DNA of 30,973 bases from Kudoa neothunni (taxonomy: Eukaryota; Animalia; Cnidaria): positions 11,732,535 through 11,763,507 of the forward strand of contig OZ199839.1 in the NCBI GenBank assembly GCA_964304625.1, written 5' to 3'. Shown piece after piece: positions 25,501-30,973 of this stretch (positions within the stretch are counted from its first letter, which is position 1; the number at the start of each line of letters is the position of its first letter). Made by a program: the position numbers and the translations under genes. The notes beneath the pieces are model-generated. The model did no database searches, was not told the origin of the DNA, and worked only from the letters and a program-made list of their open reading frames with translations.

Positions 25501-28500
25501 TTGGCACATAGGATAACAATATCTTTTTCTTGAGATAAACAAAAATCGAACTAAAGAGTCTTTTATTTTGTTCGACTTCATAATCGGTGGAATTTCCGTT
25601 TTATTGTGACGAAGAGTCCCAAGCATTGTTAGTCCAAGGTCAAGAAGTTTGTCAGCCAATCTGATCGACACAAAGAAATTATCACACGATATTTTTATCA
25701 AACCCGTTTAGATATGACGACAGCTCTAAGACAATCTTTTCTCCCGCATTTTTAGTAACTAGATTAATAGTTTTACAAAGATGGACGTAAATATTATGGG
25801 TATGATTGGTGCATGGATCGGTTAATAGAATAAACTTCTCGCCATTAACTGCAGGCTTATATAGCATATACAATTTGAATGGATATCTAACACGAAATGC
25901 TACCTGCAAATCATCTATAGTTGGACTTACGGAGGGAGCCAAACATATTGGTAGAATGCTTTCCCATTTATTAAATAAGTCATTTATTGGACAACACTTA
26001 TCAATTTTACGTCGTAAGGTCCTAGTCTCAAAATCGTCAAAGTGAATATTTCCATTGATTTGTGTGAATCTTTGTAACGACATTATTTTTTAAAAATATG
26101 TTGCCCCTTAAACAGGCTCCACAATTGTTTAAGGATTCCATCATGGATTTAGAAATACACATATATACAAAAATTCCCATGTATATTTTCATTTCCACCA
26201 AGGTTAGTTCATTCCACTTATTTCCGTAATGGAAATACCAAAATTCATTTTCGTTAGTAATGATGATTTAATAAAATTTGTCGTCAAAAAATAACGAAAA
26301 AAAAATCCATAATGCAACAGATTCATGACGATGAGAATGCGCTAATGCATGGGTCTTTAATTAAAATATTATCCTTCGTTGATTTGATATTTGAGGGAAT
26401 ATCAGAAGATAATAAAACATTGTTTTTATCCTTGTACATATTTATTGACCCAAACTCATTAGAGCTATCAAAACTGGTAGAAGAAAAATTATTTTCTACG
26501 TAAACTTCTAATTCATTGCAATTTGATTCTTCAATTGACGGAAATTGAGTAAGCAGGTTCTCCATTTCGCATATTAAGGATCGAAGGTTAGCGGAAATGA
26601 TCACGGACATAAAACCTTGTTTTTATCAATAACTATTTGACCAAAATTTCTAATGATGCATTATTTAATTTTTTACGGTTTATACATGTTATAATGAATT
26701 AAAACTTGGGATCCACCTGGACCCCAAAACGTCTAAGTGTATAAATAATATTACAATATTTAGGAGTTTCTTTTAAATTAATTTTAAGGTATAAAACCTT
26801 TTTTTATTCTGTGTAACATATCTGAAGGATAACATCTAATTTTATTGAATAAAACATTTTGAACAAGTAGTAAATTGCCACAGAATTTGGTTTGTTGCCC
26901 ATTGGGAAACAAATATGCTCGGAAGGTTAATAATTATGTTAATTTATTAGTAAACTAAAATTCGAAAATTTACATTTTAATCTCGGAATAAATAATATAT
27001 TTTATTATTAAGTTCTTAAAAATTAATTGTTTTAGAGTTAAAATGTTAGCCTGCATCTTTTGATTGTTAGCAGTTATAATAATTTAGTTCCAATGACCTA
27101 TGATATCAACAAAAACCTTGTCGATAATAAAGTTCAACTAACAATTCAGCCAGAGATAGATGTTAATCGATTAGACGTTAAACTCGAATATTCCACTTTG
27201 AAAAAGACTCTTAATGAATATGTCGAGAAAGAGAAAAAATCCTTAGATATAACGCTAAAATGTATCAAAAAAGTTTGCGAACATCTTTTAGAAGATATTG
27301 ATAAAAATGAATACTATCATATTAAAATTGTGTCTGATTTATTGGAAGGGAAAGAACCTATTCTTATCAATAGAGGTATTATTTTTAATATTTTATTATT
27401 TTTAATATAATATATTTAAGAACCAACTGCATTTGAGGTCAATTATAAATATATCAATGATGAATTATTGGTTGAGTTCATATTGGAGAAAGACATAGAA
27501 ATTTTCCTTAAATGGAGTTTACTGGGAATGGGAGAGAGATCTGTAAAAACCTCCAATGATCAAATTCATATGTTATCATGCGAAACAAAAAAATGTTCCA
27601 TCGGACTTGGCAAGTTGGACCAAGCTGAACAATATAAATTCGCCTTTCAGTCTGATGAACTTCAAGGAGTCAGCGAATTAATAATCGAAAGTAGATATTT
27701 TTTCATTAAATATAAATATTATTATTCGTTAAAAATTGATTAAATAAATTATTTTTTTATTTATATTCACTTTTTCTAGTTAACTGGGAAATACTTTTGA
27801 CAAAATCAGAAGAATTGGATAAGACAATGGAACTCAATGACGAACCAATAGTATAGTTAATTATGCCGACTTTTCATATGGTATGCATATATTAGATTAC
27901 CGGTAATTTTATAAAAGCTTGGAATAAAATAGTGTATGAAGTAATCGAAACAAGTAACTAAAACCACGTACAATTACAATTATAATAACTTTCAATTTAG
28001 CACCAATTCAAAATAATTCAACCATTGAAGACAGCCCAAAAAAAGAGAAGGAGGAAGAAACTTCGTAAATAGATCAAAATAATGACATTAATATAATAAT
28101 TATCTTGTTTGTAGAATCTTCTTAAAACAAATTAACCTTTTGGACAAGAATATCATAAATATTGACGTTACTGAGGAAGTCGATTCGGACAATATAAAAT
28201 TGAAGACAATCACAACACAAGAGGCTTCAAAAACGATATATTTTGCTAAACCAATAGCCGACAATGAAATTAATGACATGTTACAGAATTCAACGCTTGC
28301 TGTAAACAACGATGAGCCATTGCAATCCACTTATTTGCACATGGAATTTTCAGCTGATGATTCTTCCGCTGAAGCGGACAACCAGAGTAAAATTGTGTTG
28401 GCCGTAACAAAAAATAAGGAAATTAACAATTCAACACAAACGAGTGATGTTATTGCAGGAGATGTACTAATCATAAAAGTTTCAAATAATCAGACAAAAA

Positions 28501-29768
28501 AATTAAATATAACGTTCAGTCAAATTATAAAAACCGATGATAAAAAGAACAATTTTAGATGTTGCACGTTAGATAGTATATTAATATTATTAATTATTGT
28601 AAATAATAACCATGTTTCCTTATAAAGGTAAAACATTAGCTTGGGAAACTAAATACTGCTCAATTTTACATGAAGTTCCTATTTCAACATTCCTCACCAA
28701 CTACACATGCACTTGCAATCACACCACAAGTTATGCAATCATATATGATGTTTTTGATAATGATTCATCAAAAAATGTTTTCTATCAACATGAAATATCT
28801 CTAATAACTACTTGCATTTCGATGGTATTTTTGTTCCTCACAATTGTGTGTATTTTATCATCTAAGTAAATTTTGTACGGTGAATAGAAATTGAATGTTA
28901 ACTGTTTGATTATAGAGTTGTTAAAAAAATAAGAATTTTGGCTCAATTGTGGATGTGTGTGGCTATATTTATATTCCACTTGGCATTTATCTTGGGAAAT
29001 GTGTTTAACAAAATACATCAATCGTGTTTTTATGTTTCCATCTTCTTACACTATGGCCTTATGAGTCAATACATGGCATTGTTATTAAATTCTCTTGTTG
29101 TTTTCCAAAGTCTTATATTAACAATGAAAAAAGTAAAGGAAATAATTATGAAAATTATAGCACTTCTCTTTATAAGTGAGTATATTCATTTAAACTTAAT
29201 AATATTTAAATTTTAGTCGTCCCCATAATTGTTGCAGCAATCTCTAGCAAGTTCTTTAGTGAGAATTACGTCATAAAAACAAAGTATTTAAATTATATTT
29301 ATTTTTATAACAATTTAATTGAATTTTATAGTTGTATACCACATGGTTGGCTAAAGTTGGTGACAATCACGATTCCTGGAGCATCTATACTATTATTTAA
29401 TGTAGTGGTATTGTTCCTGGTATTACGCACAATCTACAGATCTGAATTTACAAATAAGAAAAAAAGTTCAATTAAACGACGTACAAGACAGCTAATGTTC
29501 CTGTTCATGTTGCTAGGAATGCCAATGTTAATTCAACTTTTATCTTCCTTCATTAAAAGTGAATTAATTACATTGGTAGCCAATTGTTTAAAACACGTCA
29601 ATGGGAACATTCTTATTTTTCATCTTTGTTGTTGGAAACAATGAAATGAGAACCCATATAAAGTCAACAATTGGAACAGGATCAAGCCGGAAGAAGATAA
29701 TATCATCAAGTAGAACTAGATCCACAACCAAGATGACAACTTTTTCATCAAGATATAAAAAACAATAA
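10473..29768 (+). CDS. Giant adhesion GPCR (~3,277 aa; signal peptide + ~29 tandem beta-sandwich-like modules + GAIN/GPS + 7TM), 36 exons
   Basis: Manual splicing with GT-AG introns joins the + strand ORF fragments in frame. Exons: 10473-10533, 10591-10878, 10935-11195, 11239-11526, 11567-12397, 12445-12723, 12769-13023, 13226-13498, 13548-13836, 14151-14428, 15291-15573, 15628-15921, 15962-16255, 16301-16579, 16640-16907, 16956-17234, 17279-17563, 17607-17861, 19042-19320, 19373-19657, 19701-20003, 20057-20344, 20390-20662, 20793-21071, 21127-21408, 21448-21741, 27088-27375, 27421-27690, 27780-27850, 27896-27953, 28001-28064, 28115-28575, 28628-28865, 28916-29175, 29217-29283, 29332-29768. 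Requires removing one base from three homopolymers (13578-81, 16883-89, 29590-93). The GPS motif and 7TM are unambiguous; that the whole ectodomain belongs to one transcript is inferred from phase compatibility. Confidence 0.85.
14696..14717. repeat. (TA)n microsatellite in intron 10; a second copy at ~15028-15045
   Basis: Direct observation of TA dinucleotide runs. Confidence 0.85.
14926..14990 (+). mobile_element. Orphan Tigger/pogo-like terminus in intron 10
   Basis: TA-CAGTAAACTCTCGATATTGCGTAAC resembles pogo-type TIRs. AGTTACGCTTTA recurs at ~18042. No partner end found. Confidence 0.35.
18051..18260 (+). mobile_element. piggyBac-type left end in intron 18
   Basis: TTAA-CCCTCC terminus, a quasi-palindromic TGGGTCAATTGGACCCA, and an internal motif CGTTTTGGGATCCAATGGACC similar to the reverse complement of 26707-26740 in the intron-26 piggyBac, at a similar distance from the end. 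Confidence 0.6.
18965..18995 (+). mobile_element. Possible Helitron 3' end (hairpin + CTAG|T)
   Basis: CCCC-TACAAAACC-GGGG, then 7 nt, then CTAG followed by T. A similar degenerate motif lies at 9065-9095. Confidence 0.35.
22170..23420 (-). pseudogene. Decayed Mutator-like (MULE, ZSWIM1/3-like) transposase in intron 26
   Basis: Minus strand: N-terminal Cys/His finger-like stretch (VCHFG...KNCAFEL), YDDNNNVCG, FQELLMVDATY (cf. FPEVLxxDATY), and PNYIIDKHFTLRKCLKESFSNSKL..CFHV (cf. MTDxxxALxxAxxxxFPxxxxxLCxFH). Stops and frameshifts; ends approximate. Confidence 0.75.
23830..26930 (-). mobile_element. Decayed piggyBac transposon (PGBD-like transposase) in intron 26
   Basis: MSLQRF...IHFDD, TIDDLQVAFR..PFKLYM.YKPA, CDNFFVS..LADKL, GTLRHNK, YNNIKCGVD, RWPMVIFY, ISRAEYLEELA and a C-terminal CNLC..DRK cysteine-rich remnant at ~23870-23920. 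The 5' terminus GGAAGG|TTAA is at 26921-26930. The 3' TIR was not found. Confidence 0.9.
24019..25227. mobile_element. Non-autonomous Tc1/mariner-superfamily element (1,209 bp) nested in the piggyBac
   Basis: 24-bp TIRs CAGTAGGTGACGGGTCGTGGGCAC (24019-24042) and GTGCCCACGAGCCGTCACCTACTG (25204-25227) with one mismatch. TA on both sides (24017-18, 25228-29). Internal GTGCCCACG-like subterminal repeats; no long ORF. Confidence 0.92.
28115..28752 (+). other. GAIN domain C-terminal part with GPS autoproteolysis motif and Stachel peptide
   Basis: Spliced sequence RCCTLDSKTLAWETKYC...TNYTCTCNHT|TSYAIIYDV matches the GPS consensus C..W...C...CxCxHx|T/S-phi-A. The catalytic His codon is at 28720 and the P1' Thr codon at 28726. 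Confidence 0.9.
28790..29645 (+). other. 7TM domain, secretin/adhesion (7tm_2) family, exons 33-36
   Basis: Seven hydrophobic segments with family hallmarks: TM1 CISMVFLFLTI, TM3 C...FLHY, ECL2 Cys, TM5 IP...LFN, TM6 LLG, TM7 NTSMGTFLFFIFVV plus helix 8 NNEMR (after the +1 correction). Confidence 0.88.
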
Positions 29769-29859
29769 CTTCCTATTAGTTAAAATAATATTGTTATTTC
29801 TCTAGTATAATATTAGTTTTCGTTCTTAGTTAGACTTCATTTCTTTAATTTGCCTTCAA

Positions 29860-29865
29860 AATAAA
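29860..29865 (+). promoter_or_regulatory. Candidate polyadenylation signal of the adhesion GPCR gene
   Basis: First AATAAA, ~90 nt after the stop at 29766-29768. Weak evidence in AT-rich DNA. Confidence 0.3.
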
Positions 29866-30973
29866 TCCATATTTGTAAACATTTCATTTTTATCATATCT
29901 GTATACCTATTAAAAATCTTAAATTTTTGTCTCAATTAATAATTTGGTCTAAATAAAATACTTAAACGGATAAATTAAAGTTTATAATTTCCTTAAATTA
30001 ACAATTTTGTTTATGTTGTAATTTAACGCTACTTATGATGTGCCAAAAAAATAATAACATAATTTAATAATAAATGAGATGCAGGATGGCTCCCACTTAC
30101 GTATAGGCCAATGGAAAGGGAAAGAATCCTATTACACAGAAAAGCTGCGATAAATACAAACTCCTCACTTGAAAACACAAGGGAGTAATTGGAAACTTTT
30201 TATCTAAAGATCGAAACTATTGTATTACGGCGTATTATTTTACTTTTGTTTTGAAACTTATGCAATTACCAATAGTATAATAACCCTCCAATATCTGGCA
30301 AAAAAAGTTACATGAATTTTTGAAGAGGACCGCTTTGGACCTATGCAATTTAATCGTAGCATAATTATATTCGAATCTATTTAACTATAATGATATATAA
30401 AACAATCCAATAGCTTGGTTATAAGTTATAAAAAATGAAAAAAAAATTGAATTATAAAATGAAAATCGAATTTTTTAGACGCGCGCATTAAAAAAATAAA
30501 TAATTTGAAAATATAAACTTATATATAATCATTATCGGCAATATGGAACAAAATAACATTATTACATATAATGTCTACGTTTGAAATATGTTTATCATTT
30601 TCAAAATACGTTGTGATGGATTTTTCGTACTTGTTGGAGCAACCGCATTTGGGAGAATTTGACAATTGAAGTGGGGCTGAGCCAGGTTTTTTATTAAAAT
30701 TCGTCATATTTTCTGTTTAATTTAATATAAATAATTAATAATACAAAATGAAACAATATAATACTATAGTTGACATGAGTAAACTTAATTTTTTCTATAC
30801 TGATTGATATTTAGTTCGAAACCTTTATACTTTCTGCATTAAATTTTTTTATCAATTACATATTTTTGGTGAATAAAAATTTATTGTTATATGGATTTTA
30901 ATTTAAGTGATTTTTAATTAAATTATTGTAGCGGCCGAAAACGTTTGTAATTGTTTTTTTATCATATCTCATC

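Larger units (their letters stand above)
10591..27690 (+). repeat. Array of ~29 exon-encoded extracellular modules (exons 2-28)
   Basis: Exons are mostly 255-303 nt, a multiple of 3, and phase 1-1. Translations show alternating hydrophobic beta-strand patterns and a recurrent C-x3/4-C motif (CESNGVC, CEGYYC, CNHKSC, CYEKTC, CTANVC, CNRYEC, CDQGVC, CEQNIC, CIKNAC, CIKKVC, CETKKC). An Ig/FN3-like fold is inferred, not shown. Confidence 0.75.

Noticed and set aside
10473-29768. Assigning a named ortholog (CELSR, ADGRV1, latrophilin, PKD1-like)
   Set aside because: Diagnostic ectodomains are absent; the GPS is followed by a 7TM rather than the PLAT and channel domains of polycystin-1.
30519-30707. 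62-aa minus-strand ORF near the window end
   Set aside because: No recognisable motif or supported splice structure; could be a TE or gene fragment but cannot be called.

Overview
Very AT-rich eukaryotic (animal) genomic DNA with many 39-60 nt GT-AG introns, suggesting a compact invertebrate genome; the species cannot be determined from this window. About two thirds of the window (10473-29768, + strand) is one 36-exon gene that the ORF track shows only as fragments. Manually spliced, it encodes a ~3,277-aa adhesion GPCR: signal peptide, ~29 tandem 85-100 aa beta-rich modules (almost all one per phase-1 exon, many with a C-x3/4-C motif, the last ten a 5+5 block duplication), a GAIN/GPS region (CTCNHT|TSYAII) and a divergent secretin/adhesion-type 7TM domain. 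The reading frame needs three +1 homopolymer corrections, most likely sequencing errors. The rest is decayed transposons. Upstream are a hAT/Buster remnant, a Tigger/pogo remnant, a ~225-bp inverted repeat pair around a Gypsy-like fragment, and orphan hAT ends. The 5.3-kb intron 26 holds a MULE remnant and a piggyBac with a TA-flanked Tc1/mariner-type element inserted in its transposase ORF.
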